Shown here: in pieces, positions 1 through 9,050 of the stretch
Layout: every line of letters starts with the position of its first letter
How positions within the stretch are numbered: position 1 is the stretch's first letter
NCBI GenBank assembly: GCA_964563005.1
Contig: CAZLXE010000007.1
Location: forward strand, 21,124 to 46,811
DNA length: 25,688 bases
Reading direction: 5' to 3'
Source of the DNA: an uncultured Isosphaeraceae bacterium
Lineage (GTDB): Bacteria > Planctomycetota > Phycisphaerae > Phycisphaerales > SM1A02
Notes under the pieces: generated by a model
What the model saw: only the letters and a program-made list of their open reading frames with translations
Database searches by the model: none
What the model was told of the DNA's origin: nothing
Position numbers and translations under genes: made by a program

Positions 1-79
1 CCAGATGACCATCAAAATCCGGATGCGGGATAATTTTATTTGTCTGATCACTCATCGCGGGTTATTTCTCTTCAGGGAA

Positions 80-1027
80 TCACGACACCAGCCCCTTGGT
101 GAGGCGCATGAATGCAGTTTCGAGATTGACCTGTTCGGCCTGCATGGAGGAGAGGCGGAAGCCCTGGGCAATAAGGCGGCTGGGGAGTTCGGAGGCGGTG
201 AGACCGCTTTCGGGATTGATGGTGATGTCGATGCGGGGTTGGCCGTTGTGCTGGATAACATCGACTTTGGTAATGCCGACGACCTGGGTGAGGAGGGCGG
301 CGGCCTGTTCGGCTTTCTCATCCACGATGATGTGGACGACGAGACCCATGCTGGCTTTGGCCATGATTTCGCTGACCTTGCCGGAATAGATCATTTCACC
401 CTGCTCGATGATGCCGACGGTGTTACAGAGTTCGGCTAATTCATGGAGGATATGGGAACTGATGATGATGGTTTTGCCCATGCGGCGGAGTTCTTTAAGG
501 AGTTCGCGAACTTCGATGCGGGCGCGGGGATCGAGACCGGACGCGGGTTCATCGAGGAGTAATACTTTGGGGTCGTGGAGGAGGACGCGGGCGATGGACA
601 GTCGCTGACTCATGCCCCGACTCAGGCCGTTCACTTCGGAGTTTGCTTTGTAACTCAGGTCGGTGAGGACGAGAACATCGTCGACGACGCGCTTTCGCTG
701 CTTGCCGTGGATGTTGTAGCAGGCGGCGAAGAATTCGAGGTATTCTCTGACGACCATGTCGTCATAGGCCCCCATGAAATCAGGGACATACCCGATGACG
801 GGGCGAATCTGGGGATTTTGATAGCCGATTACCATGCCATCGACGCGGGCTTCGCCCCAGGTGGGTTTGAGGAGGGTGGCGAGGATTTTAATGGTGGTGG
901 TTTTCCCTGCGCCATTGGGGCCGATGAAGCCAAAGCACTCTCCCTCTTCAATTGAGAGGTTGAGATTGTTCAGAGCAACCAGTTCACCGTATTTTTTGGT
1001 GAGATTAATGGTTTCGATCATCGCCAT
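80..1027 (-). CDS. ABC transporter ATP-binding protein (ABC-2/CcmA/NosF-like subfamily)
   Basis: Translation has Walker A (GPNGAGKTT), ABC signature (LSRGMSQRL), Walker B (LLLDEPASGLD) and an H-loop (SSHIL). ATG start at 1025–1027. It lies immediately downstream of the 821-aa membrane protein gene on the same strand. Confidence 0.9.
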   Translation of the reverse strand: MAMIETINLTKKYGELVALNNLNLSIEEGECFGFIGPNGAGKTTTIKILATLLKPTWGEARVDGMVIGYQNPQIRPVIGYVPDFMGAYDDMVVREYLEFFAACYNIHGKQRKRVVDDVLVLTDLSYKANSEVNGLSRGMSQRLSIARVLLHDPKVLLLDEPASGLDPRARIEVRELLKELRRMGKTIIISSHILHELAELCNTVGIIEQGEMIYSGKVSEIMAKASMGLVVHIIVDEKAEQAAALLTQVVGITKVDVIQHNGQPRIDITINPESGLTASELPSRLIAQGFRLSSMQAEQVNLETAFMRLTKGLVS

Positions 1028-1095
1028 AAGGGCATTTAGTTCCTTTGCAGGATTCGATGCAGTAAATCAGTATTGATAGTGTAGCGGCAATACCT

Positions 1096-3561
1096 TTACG
1101 GCGGCTCAGGAAAGGCAATATGGGGATTCAGCGGCAGAGGATAAATCCAGCGTATCATGGTCAGGCCTTCGCTGCTTGGCGGTTCTTCATCGCCATTGAC
1201 GCGCAGGGGTATGGGGATGGGGGTGTTTTCCAGATAGCCGATGACGATCAGACAGGGACGCGTGAACCAGCCGGACAGATCGAGTTCTCTTCCGTTCAAT
1301 CGGCGGGGCAGGATGAGGTCGGGCGTGGGGTCCTTTTCCTGCCTTTTCAGGTATGGTGGTGGGGCAAGTTGATGAAACATGCTCAACATTTCCAGGTGAC
1401 GGCGACGGTCTTTTTCGCTCAGGTTTCCGCTACCGGTTCCCGCCTGCATCAATGATCCCACAAATGGATCGAAGTAGTCCTTTTTGATGTTTCGTTCCAA
1501 ACGATAGTTCGTCGTGAGGGTGGCGGCGAGAGGGAGCGGTGTGTTTCGCGGCCAACGAATGGGATTGCTGCTCCATGTATAGGCGAGATTGAGCATTTGA
1601 CCACTTTTTGCTATTTCAACCCAGGGAGTGGATTGATTTGGACCATCCTGGGCATAGCCGCGAGGCGGAGTGCGTTTATTTTGAATCCAGATCAGTTTGA
1701 CATTGACAAGATCCCCAGGAAGATCGTGGAGGAGATTTCCGGTCAGCCCCACTTCGCGCTCATTCAAGGGGTCCATTCGCACGGTGATGGGCTGGTCGGG
1801 ATCCTCGCGGATCATGCCTCCCCAGGAACGGGGCACGCCGCCCATCCAGTGGGCATAGAGTTGAGTGGAGGTGGCTCGGGAGGGGAGGGCGAGTTCGGCT
1901 TCATCGCGCCCGACATTTCGACGGAAACGATCGACATTCGGAAACCGCTGCACGGCCATGCTCGGAGGATGCCAGGACATCAGGAGATCGCGCTGTCCCG
2001 TCGTTGAGTCCAGAGACATTTTTGTGGTGCCATATTTTGGGGTGTAAACGGTGAACCAGGACGCGGCTCGCTGCAATTGGGGTTCGTTTGTCCGGGGTGC
2101 TTTTCGGGGCAAGGCGATATGATCGAGCACAGTGAAGTGCTTGACTTCAATCTGCCGTGAGCGCGAGACATTCATGGTGAACCAGGCGCCAGCGGTGAAC
2201 AGCAGAGATGCCCCGGCGAATGCGAGCCAGGCATGCTGCACCTGCTTGTATGCTTTCAACACACTATATCCGCCGGGGCCGGCGACGACCCAGTAGATAA
2301 TAAAGAGCACCATTGCGAGCAGGAGACCAACGCTGGCTTTATTGTCCATCAGGATGAAACGGGTGATGAATCGTCCAGAGCCAAGAAACAGTTCGGTCCC
2401 CCTCAGATCAGCCAGATGCTTTTCTTTTTTGATTTCGGCGAGTTCTACTCCAGTGGGAGCATCGGCTCGGCGTCCGAGGATTCGATTCCAGAAGCGGTCT
2501 GCCTGGGGTATCCCCATACTGGCCAAACGCTTGTCTAACTCAATTCCTATGATGGTGATGCGACCCATGCCGTGACGCCGTTGAATTACCACAATCCGCC
2601 CATCCGGGAGTGCGATCAAGGGTTCGTAGGCATTGCTGAGTTCCCAGTTTTCATTTTGGAGATTTGCGAAAACCCGGACGGTCATTTTAGGATCAGATTC
2701 TGTGGTGGTCGATTTAGTCAGAGCACCGAGCATTTCTGACAGGGGGACATCGACTTCCTGAGGCGGATCCCGGGCAGGCAGGAGTCGTTCGATATCCTTC
2801 TGCACCATGCCCGGTCGTCCCAGCCCCCATGGATTGCCGCGGGAGGGAAGATCAATGATGAGATGTCCGCCACGACGAATGTATTCCTCGAGGGCCTGGG
2901 CGGGATCATCACGAAGTTCTGCCGGTGAAGCATTTGACCAATAGAGCGATTCATACTGGCGAAGTCCATCCCACCGATCGGGTAAATCGGCGGGTTTGAT
3001 TCCGGATTTGATGCGGGTGATTTCCAGGGTGCTGGGCGGGAATGCCGATCCCGGGCCGGGAGAACTGAGGCCATCCAACCCGCCGCGTAATAATCCAATC
3101 ACGCCGATCAGGGTTTGATCCATTTCTACAATTTGAGCCCCGACCTGTCCCGGACTGATAATTTTACCGCCCAATTGTCGACCTCTTTCTTCATCATGCT
3201 CTTCATACACAACCACCGGCCAGACGGATCGCATGGTGGTGTCAGGGGATAGTGGGGCATAAAGCCAGACGAACGAGGAGCGTCCCGGTTGCAGGGGAAG
3301 CGAGCGACCATAATCTCCGATATCACCATCTGCGTTGGGGACCTCCCACTGCACCCAGACGGAAACAGGTTCAGGGAGATGACTGGTTATTTTCAGCCGG
3401 ATCGCAGTCATTTCGCCTGCTCGGAAGGCGTTTCCTACTCCGAACTGATCAAGTTCGATGACGACTTCTTGATCATCATTCTGGGCGTTGACCGTCAAGA
3501 TCGGCAAAAATATCAGCAATGAGACGATCAAAAACCGGAGCGGAAAATGCAGAGCCATCAT
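1096..3561 (-). CDS. Large envelope protein of unknown function: N-terminal signal peptide, ~400-aa extracytoplasmic domain, internal TM hairpin, ~350-aa C-terminal domain
   Basis: 821-aa ORF with a double-ATG start. N-terminus MMALHFPLRFLIVSLLIFLPILTVNAQ resembles a Sec signal peptide. Two adjacent hydrophobic segments (ASVGLLLAMVLFIIYWVVAGP / AWLAFAGASLLFTAGAWFTM) sit mid-protein. It lies between the MCO gene and the ABC ATPase on the same strand (157-bp and 68-bp gaps). I recognise no catalytic motifs. A GldG-like ABC-auxiliary role is only a guess. Confidence 0.6.
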   Translation of the reverse strand: MMALHFPLRFLIVSLLIFLPILTVNAQNDDQEVVIELDQFGVGNAFRAGEMTAIRLKITSHLPEPVSVWVQWEVPNADGDIGDYGRSLPLQPGRSSFVWLYAPLSPDTTMRSVWPVVVYEEHDEERGRQLGGKIISPGQVGAQIVEMDQTLIGVIGLLRGGLDGLSSPGPGSAFPPSTLEITRIKSGIKPADLPDRWDGLRQYESLYWSNASPAELRDDPAQALEEYIRRGGHLIIDLPSRGNPWGLGRPGMVQKDIERLLPARDPPQEVDVPLSEMLGALTKSTTTESDPKMTVRVFANLQNENWELSNAYEPLIALPDGRIVVIQRRHGMGRITIIGIELDKRLASMGIPQADRFWNRILGRRADAPTGVELAEIKKEKHLADLRGTELFLGSGRFITRFILMDNKASVGLLLAMVLFIIYWVVAGPGGYSVLKAYKQVQHAWLAFAGASLLFTAGAWFTMNVSRSRQIEVKHFTVLDHIALPRKAPRTNEPQLQRAASWFTVYTPKYGTTKMSLDSTTGQRDLLMSWHPPSMAVQRFPNVDRFRRNVGRDEAELALPSRATSTQLYAHWMGGVPRSWGGMIREDPDQPITVRMDPLNEREVGLTGNLLHDLPGDLVNVKLIWIQNKRTPPRGYAQDGPNQSTPWVEIAKSGQMLNLAYTWSSNPIRWPRNTPLPLAATLTTNYRLERNIKKDYFDPFVGSLMQAGTGSGNLSEKDRRRHLEMLSMFHQLAPPPYLKRQEKDPTPDLILPRRLNGRELDLSGWFTRPCLIVIGYLENTPIPIPLRVNGDEEPPSSEGLTMIRWIYPLPLNPHIAFPEPP

Positions 3562-3718
3562 AGGTAAAGTGTAGCACCGGACCCGACAACTTTCCGGGAT
3601 AGGACATCAGGAGCAGTAGTCCGGCACAATCGACCACGAAGTGATCAAGACGGTCAATAAACCAACCGGGAGCATGTCTACTTCCGGTCAGGGGGAAAAA
3701 GAATGGTCAAATTAGGGT

Positions 3719-6700
3719 TTATTGCACACGGAGGATGCACCATTGTCCGTTGGTATAGCCATCAGAATCCATGGAGCGGATGAGGAAATCGCCCTGAGTG
3801 CGGGTGGTTCCACCAGCAGAGGGAATGACGATGTTGCGCACGCCCATCGGTCCCAGGCCGAAGATACTGCCCACGGTTTCTGATACGGGATTCTCTCCCA
3901 TTATGGTCGAGCCGTTTGTCCAGGGTTGTCGTTGCCATCCGTGACCCCCGATGGCGATTGAACGATGCGGTTCACCGGTCCAGCCGGGGCCGACATTGGC
4001 GAAACGGAGACGGATGGGCATGCCGGAATCACATTCGCATATGGGTGTTTCCGGTTCGCCGTGTGCGATGGTGCTACAGGCATCGGTCTGGTCGAGAAGA
4101 TGGAGGAAGGATTGTGCATTGACCCAACTGAGGCCAAGGCGGGACCAGATCGGCTCGGTTTTGTTATTCATGGCGAACATGTCGGGGTCATTGCCCGGCG
4201 TCATGACCTGGCGATTAAGGTTGTCCCACATATAGACCCCATCCTGGAAGAGCATGACAAATTCCCGGAAGAGCAGATTGCCAGCAGCGTCGAATACATC
4301 GGCTTCATACTGACCACTGGCGGGAAGACCGGTGCTGTAGTCGATATAACTGGCGGCATTCTGGGGTTCGACCACGAGGACACCTGCCGCTCCGTGTTGG
4401 GCATGACGCATGTAGTCGCCCATGGCCCGGAGGGGAGTAACGCCATATTCTCGGGGAGTCCACACCACTTGATTCGCCGCGTCTACGGCCACTTCACCTG
4501 CATACCAGGCGTAAGTTCGAGACAATCCGGGACCGACTGTCGTATCTGGATTCTGCCCGATCGACGCGCCATCCGAAGCGCCGACATCATATCCCAGCAT
4601 CGAGGGCTGAAGGCCGACGCGGGCGGACATGAGATTGGCGGTGGCCACGGAAAGGGGAAGTTGATTGGTGAGGGTCAGTTCGATGCAATCACCGGAATTT
4701 ACGCGAAGGATGAGCGGCTCATAGGGACGCGTACCGGCAACGAGTTCCGCCCGGTTGGCGGCTTCGATGAAAACGATTCCGTTGGGATCGTGGAAATTCC
4801 AGGGAGTGTTATAGACCAGGCCCTGAGGACCGAAGAGGTCGGCTGCCCGCCATGCTTCCACGCTGATCTGCTTGATGGGAGGCGTGCCTGGGCCGGTGGG
4901 GCAGGCGCCGGAGGCAAGCGGGTGAGTCGGTCTCAATTCGGGATTGGGATTATTGGGAAGAGTGGCGAGTCCGGACTGCATGGTGGCATAGGCACGCATC
5001 AATCCCCACAGACCTTCATTGTGATCAGCGGCAATCGAGGATTCGTACATATAGTCAGCCGTGCCCTGGGTGCCAAAGGTGGGTTGGAAACCGTCTGCGG
5101 CGGTGAAGTCAAACTCGAAGTGTTCTGAAATACCCATGGGCTGCGTGCTGACGAAACCCGAATTGGGAGATGAGGGTTCGAGGAGCCAGCGATGACCGGT
5201 AACGCCCATCATGTGCTGTTCACCCTGGGAACCCTGAAGGAGACGAATCTGAACATCATCGCCGGGATAGACCCCCAGAGTGCGCGTGAAGGGGTCGCCA
5301 TGCTGGGTTGAACTGAATGCGAACGCTGGGTCGCCGCCGGGCGTCGAGAATCCTCCACCAGTACGATGACCCACCGGTTCGTTTCGATAGTTGATGAGTT
5401 TCGATGCACCTTTGGTGGATATAACTTCGGTCAATTGAGCGCCAATCGGCATGTTATTCGTGTCGTAAAGGGGGACGAGATCGGCATACTCGAGCATGTA
5501 TTCGCGATAACTGTCCGACCCGGTGGGGCCACTCAGAATGTTGGCGGCATAACTGGTGGGGCCGCCGTCGAGACGGGTGCCGAGGGTGGTAAGGCCATCG
5601 ACAGACTGCCACACAGAGTCGGTCGGCTCGATGACAAGACCGGCATAGAGGCCGTGCTGCTGGTGCGAACTGGGACCGAAATGATCGTGGGTGAAAACCG
5701 TCCGCATGGTGCGGTCGGCACCGAGAGTATCCACGAGGGGATCGGCCCACCAGCGCTGGGTGGTCGTCTGGGCACCCAGATAAGTTCCATTGGGACCGGA
5801 TCCGAACACGGGATGGGGGGCGGCGGTGAGCAACTGGGTGCCGCCATTGAGTTGTTGATATTGATTGTTGGCCTCAATTCGCTCGCGTACTTCATCGGGG
5901 GAGAAGGTGCCGTCTTCATAGTTCCAGCCGTTGCCGGAGCCGTCGGAGGAGGTAACATCGAACTTCACGAGATGAATATGCTGACCGATGATGTCGGTGG
6001 GGGTAAAGATCTGAAAGTCATCCACATTCAAGTTGGAAGGCATCAGGTTCGTCGAGAAATAAGTGATACAGTCGCCGGAGTTGGCGCGGAAGAAGAGTGG
6101 CTCGGGTGGGCGAGTGCCGTCAAGAGTGGAGAGGACATCATCGTTCAGTACGGCGATGCGGGCCTGCCGGTCGTGCCAGCCGAGGGCGTTAACCGTCATG
6201 TCGAACTGAATGTAGGCAGCACGGTACACTCGGGGTGGAGTCGCTCTGGTTTGTCCCTGGCCATCGACGAATGAAGGGGGACAGGGATCGGCATAGGGGG
6301 CGCCCGGTGCGGGGGGGAGGCCATTGACGAGAAATCGACCCGGGTTGCCGAAGGAGTCGTAGGCCGGATAGCCCATGGCGGGCCAGTTGTACTGCGTGGT
6401 TACTGGGATGGCGCCGGGCAGGTAGTTTCCTTCATGGAAAGCCATGGCGGTTTGCTCTTCGGGAGTACCCGCCTCTGGAAGAAGTTGGATGTTCGCCGAA
6501 GTCAGTCGTTTGGCGAACGCCGTGAGCTTGGGGTCGAAGTTGGTTCCCAAGACTCGCTGAGCCACGGTATCGGCCATGTAGTTGCGGCTGCCCACCGGCT
6601 CATTGTCGAATGCAGTGATCGCCGCGATTCCTTCTATGTATTCAGAATTCAGAAACACATGACGAGGGAGACCGCCATCAAACTCAGCTTCCAGTGGGGG

Positions 6701-8440
6701 TTGCGGAGTGCGCCGACCGGGAATACCGGCGATATAAAAAGGGTATCCCCGGAAGGCAGGTGTGGGCATAGGTGGCATGGCCCGGCGAGGCAAGGGGACG
6801 ACGGCGGGGTTGGGCGTTCCTCCGGCAATTTCACCATCGGGAAGATTGCGGTCTGGAGTTCCCGCTTCGAAGACATCATGGGATCGCCAGAGTTCCCACA
6901 TGCCTTGAGCGAAGTGGGGATAGAGATGGCAATGGAAAATGGAATCGCCGGGCGTGAAGTTCCGATTTCCCGTGCCCCCATACTGAATTTCATAGGTGAA
7001 TGAAGCACCCGGCGAAATGGTCTGCGAATCGAGGTAGGTTGAATTTTCATCTTTCGGCGAAAAGAGCCATTGATGAGCATGGAGGTGGAATACATGGGTT
7101 TCATTACCCGCGTGAAGGTTGCGAAAGCGCACCGGATCGCCCATGTAGGAGTGATGGACATTGGAGGGGTCATCGGGATAGAGGGCTTGAATTGCTACTC
7201 CGGTGACCGGATCCTTCTGCACCACCATAGCGGGATCACCATTGGCCCACGATTCAAGGAAAAATTCTTCAAACTTTGCTTCACCCGCTCCTGCCGCAGG
7301 ACCAATCTGAAGGCGATTGGCCATGACCGGCGCCCCCAAACCACCAGAGCCATAATTGATGGCGAAGGCATCGCGTACCCCTTTCATCATGCGTTGGTCG
7401 AGGATGGGAAAGGCCTGGGAAATACCTACTTCATCGTGAAAAATTGCGGTGAATTCCCGGAAGGTCTGACCGCAAGTTCCTGAGGGAGGGGCGTTGGTGC
7501 AGTCTTCCTGGGGGTCTTCGATAATGGCGTTCAGGTCGGAATAGAGCAGATTGTTATTCTGATCAAGCATTCTTAGCAAAGGTATACCATTCGCGTCGGC
7601 GGCCTTGTAGTCGATGATGGGAGTTCCATCGGGATTCATGCCGACAGTGGCCTGATTGAGGATGCTGTCGGTTACCTGTGAGCGATACCAGGTAGAATTC
7701 TTCGGTTCAACATTGACGGCCCCGAACAGTCCCCGGTTGATCTGGCTGCCTTCCCCACCGGCATTGCCTGCTGCGGAATACATGAAGAAAGGGCCTGCTT
7801 TGGGACAAAAGTATTGAATCGTTTGAGACCCTCCGGGAGCCAAGGCGTTCTGTGTGTTCAGCCCCACATTGGCTCCGCCGTCTTCGGCAAACTGACCGTA
7901 AGTTTCCAGCCCATTTACCTGGATGCCCACGGTACGAGTGCCCGGGAGGAGCGGATCAAGAAGGTTGGTGATGGTGAGTTCGAGAATGTCCCCCTCATTG
8001 GCACGAAGGACGAGGGGGCGAGGTCGCTTATTCGAGCGAAGTCGAACCTGGCCGGGAATAAGATTCGTTCCCCCATTTATATCCACGACATCGCGGCGGA
8101 GGGCGAAGATCATGGATTGAGAAGTAAACGCGCCGAAGCGGTTGTAAATGATGGACTGATCGAGGGCGACGACATCGGCCTTGATCACCCGGTACCCGAA
8201 TGAGGGGTTGGAAAAAACGGAGATGGTGGCATCGCCGGAATCTGGAATGGATTCGCCAGGAGTTTTCGGGCTACTCTTCTTTCTGACGGGATTCAAATTC
8301 GGAGCGGTCGGTCCGCCTGCGCCGGGTAGTTGTTGAGCCGTGGTGGTTGTCGCGAAACCCAGAATCAAGCCGAGGGCCAATCCGGTGCTCAGAATATGGA
8401 GGCGCGCATTGATAGCGATGCTACGAGGAGAAAACGACAT
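3719..8440 (-). CDS. Giant secreted multicopper oxidase-like protein with multiple cupredoxin domains (1573 aa)
   Basis: ATG at 8438–8440, preceded by AGGAAGG at Shine-Dalgarno (SD) spacing. N-terminal signal peptide (LSTGLALGLILGFATTTTAQQ) carries no RR motif. Copper-ligand motifs are read directly: THVFHLHAHQW (HxxHxH), IFHCHLYPHFAQGMW (HCHxxxHxxxxM type-1/trinuclear motif), GQHIHLVKFDV (HxH), TVFTHDHFGPSSHQQHG (HxH...H). A degenerate ADHNEGLWGLM appears late in the protein. Overall size is comparable to the large bacterial MCOs implicated in Mn(II) oxidation (MofA/MnxG/MoxA class), from memory. Confidence 0.85.
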   Translation of the reverse strand: MSFSPRSIAINARLHILSTGLALGLILGFATTTTAQQLPGAGGPTAPNLNPVRKKSSPKTPGESIPDSGDATISVFSNPSFGYRVIKADVVALDQSIIYNRFGAFTSQSMIFALRRDVVDINGGTNLIPGQVRLRSNKRPRPLVLRANEGDILELTITNLLDPLLPGTRTVGIQVNGLETYGQFAEDGGANVGLNTQNALAPGGSQTIQYFCPKAGPFFMYSAAGNAGGEGSQINRGLFGAVNVEPKNSTWYRSQVTDSILNQATVGMNPDGTPIIDYKAADANGIPLLRMLDQNNNLLYSDLNAIIEDPQEDCTNAPPSGTCGQTFREFTAIFHDEVGISQAFPILDQRMMKGVRDAFAINYGSGGLGAPVMANRLQIGPAAGAGEAKFEEFFLESWANGDPAMVVQKDPVTGVAIQALYPDDPSNVHHSYMGDPVRFRNLHAGNETHVFHLHAHQWLFSPKDENSTYLDSQTISPGASFTYEIQYGGTGNRNFTPGDSIFHCHLYPHFAQGMWELWRSHDVFEAGTPDRNLPDGEIAGGTPNPAVVPLPRRAMPPMPTPAFRGYPFYIAGIPGRRTPQPPLEAEFDGGLPRHVFLNSEYIEGIAAITAFDNEPVGSRNYMADTVAQRVLGTNFDPKLTAFAKRLTSANIQLLPEAGTPEEQTAMAFHEGNYLPGAIPVTTQYNWPAMGYPAYDSFGNPGRFLVNGLPPAPGAPYADPCPPSFVDGQGQTRATPPRVYRAAYIQFDMTVNALGWHDRQARIAVLNDDVLSTLDGTRPPEPLFFRANSGDCITYFSTNLMPSNLNVDDFQIFTPTDIIGQHIHLVKFDVTSSDGSGNGWNYEDGTFSPDEVRERIEANNQYQQLNGGTQLLTAAPHPVFGSGPNGTYLGAQTTTQRWWADPLVDTLGADRTMRTVFTHDHFGPSSHQQHGLYAGLVIEPTDSVWQSVDGLTTLGTRLDGGPTSYAANILSGPTGSDSYREYMLEYADLVPLYDTNNMPIGAQLTEVISTKGASKLINYRNEPVGHRTGGGFSTPGGDPAFAFSSTQHGDPFTRTLGVYPGDDVQIRLLQGSQGEQHMMGVTGHRWLLEPSSPNSGFVSTQPMGISEHFEFDFTAADGFQPTFGTQGTADYMYESSIAADHNEGLWGLMRAYATMQSGLATLPNNPNPELRPTHPLASGACPTGPGTPPIKQISVEAWRAADLFGPQGLVYNTPWNFHDPNGIVFIEAANRAELVAGTRPYEPLILRVNSGDCIELTLTNQLPLSVATANLMSARVGLQPSMLGYDVGASDGASIGQNPDTTVGPGLSRTYAWYAGEVAVDAANQVVWTPREYGVTPLRAMGDYMRHAQHGAAGVLVVEPQNAASYIDYSTGLPASGQYEADVFDAAGNLLFREFVMLFQDGVYMWDNLNRQVMTPGNDPDMFAMNNKTEPIWSRLGLSWVNAQSFLHLLDQTDACSTIAHGEPETPICECDSGMPIRLRFANVGPGWTGEPHRSIAIGGHGWQRQPWTNGSTIMGENPVSETVGSIFGLGPMGVRNIVIPSAGGTTRTQGDFLIRSMDSDGYTNGQWCILRVQ

Positions 8441-8633
8441 AACTGGAACCCTTCCTAGATGCCTTATTCCAGAAAATTCCTGACCGATGACTCAAGATCC
8501 ACACGAACTTATCGGCAGGTTTTCAGATAGTAAAGTAACTCATAAACGATCTAAATCAAGTTAAATAAAGAATTTATGTCTTTTTTATGTATTTTTTTAA
8601 AAAATCATAACTTGTTTCAAAAAAACGGCGTTT
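8441..8633. promoter_or_regulatory. AT-rich divergent intergenic region (probable promoter region of the MCO operon and of the small + strand ORF)
   Basis: A strongly AT-rich stretch (8520–8630: ...taaagtaactcataaacgatctaaatcaagttaaataaagaatttatgtcttttttatgtatttttttaaaaaatcataacttgtttcaaaaaaacgg) sits in an otherwise ~59% GC window. It contains a tttatgt direct repeat and A/T runs. It lies directly upstream of the MCO start codon. Confidence 0.35.
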
Positions 8634-8717
8634 TTGTTTTGCCGGGGTAAGCAATTATGCGTAGGACCATTGCTTATTCCATTCAAGTTCACTCTCTTCA
8701 GAGCCGATCGATTCACC

Positions 8718-9050
8718 ATGTTGAGCATGGATGCATCACTCTGGACCTGGTTGGGAACGAGCATGATTGCCGCATGGTTGGTCTGGATGTGCCTGCGGGT
8801 GATCGCAACTGATCTCATGTATGGCTTATCCTGGCACAACTTGAAAGTTGAAGCTCACACGCTGCGCATTAAACAGATGGATGAATTGCGGGCCATCAAG
8901 GAAAGCGTGTTTCGGAAAGCGGCTCAGAGCCGGGGACTGGACTATGACGCGATGCATGACGACGCGGCATCCACTTCGGAATCTACTCAGTCATCTGAGT
9001 CAGTACTTGAGGAAGACGGGAGCGATGTTCCTCTAGGACAGGCGGCTTGA
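8718..9050 (+). CDS. Small membrane-anchored hypothetical protein with an acidic, Ser-rich C-terminal tail
   Basis: Track ORF 8634..9050. I trimmed it to the internal ATG at 8718 (MLSMDASLWTWLGTSMIAAWLVWMCLRVIATDL), which is followed by a single predicted TM helix. The C-terminus is DAMHDDAASTSESTQSSESVLEEDGSD. No SD and no recognisable domain, so the start and even the reality of the gene are uncertain. Confidence 0.4.
   Translation: MLSMDASLWTWLGTSMIAAWLVWMCLRVIATDLMYGLSWHNLKVEAHTLRIKQMDELRAIKESVFRKAAQSRGLDYDAMHDDAASTSESTQSSESVLEEDGSDVPLGQAA

Noticed and set aside
5-439. + strand ORF 5..439 and others (96..389, 408..608, 575..955) over the ABC ATPase gene
   Set aside because: They are antisense or alternate frames of a gene with textbook Walker A/B and ABC signature motifs.
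1096-3561. Considered whether the 821-aa protein is a NosD-like copper-processing beta-helix protein (by analogy to nosDFY)
   Set aside because: I could not find the regular Asn/Gly-containing parallel beta-helix repeats, and the internal TM hairpin does not fit NosD. The analogy is kept only at the level of an ABC system dedicated to a Cu enzyme.
3965-6274. Long + strand ORFs (3965..5128, 387 aa; 5366..6274, 302 aa) and others (6434..7003, 7070..7483, 7814..8203) inside the MCO region
   Set aside because: They are antisense to a gene with unambiguous multicopper-oxidase motifs. Their translations are Gly/Ala/Arg-rich low-complexity, typical of open antisense frames in GC-rich DNA.
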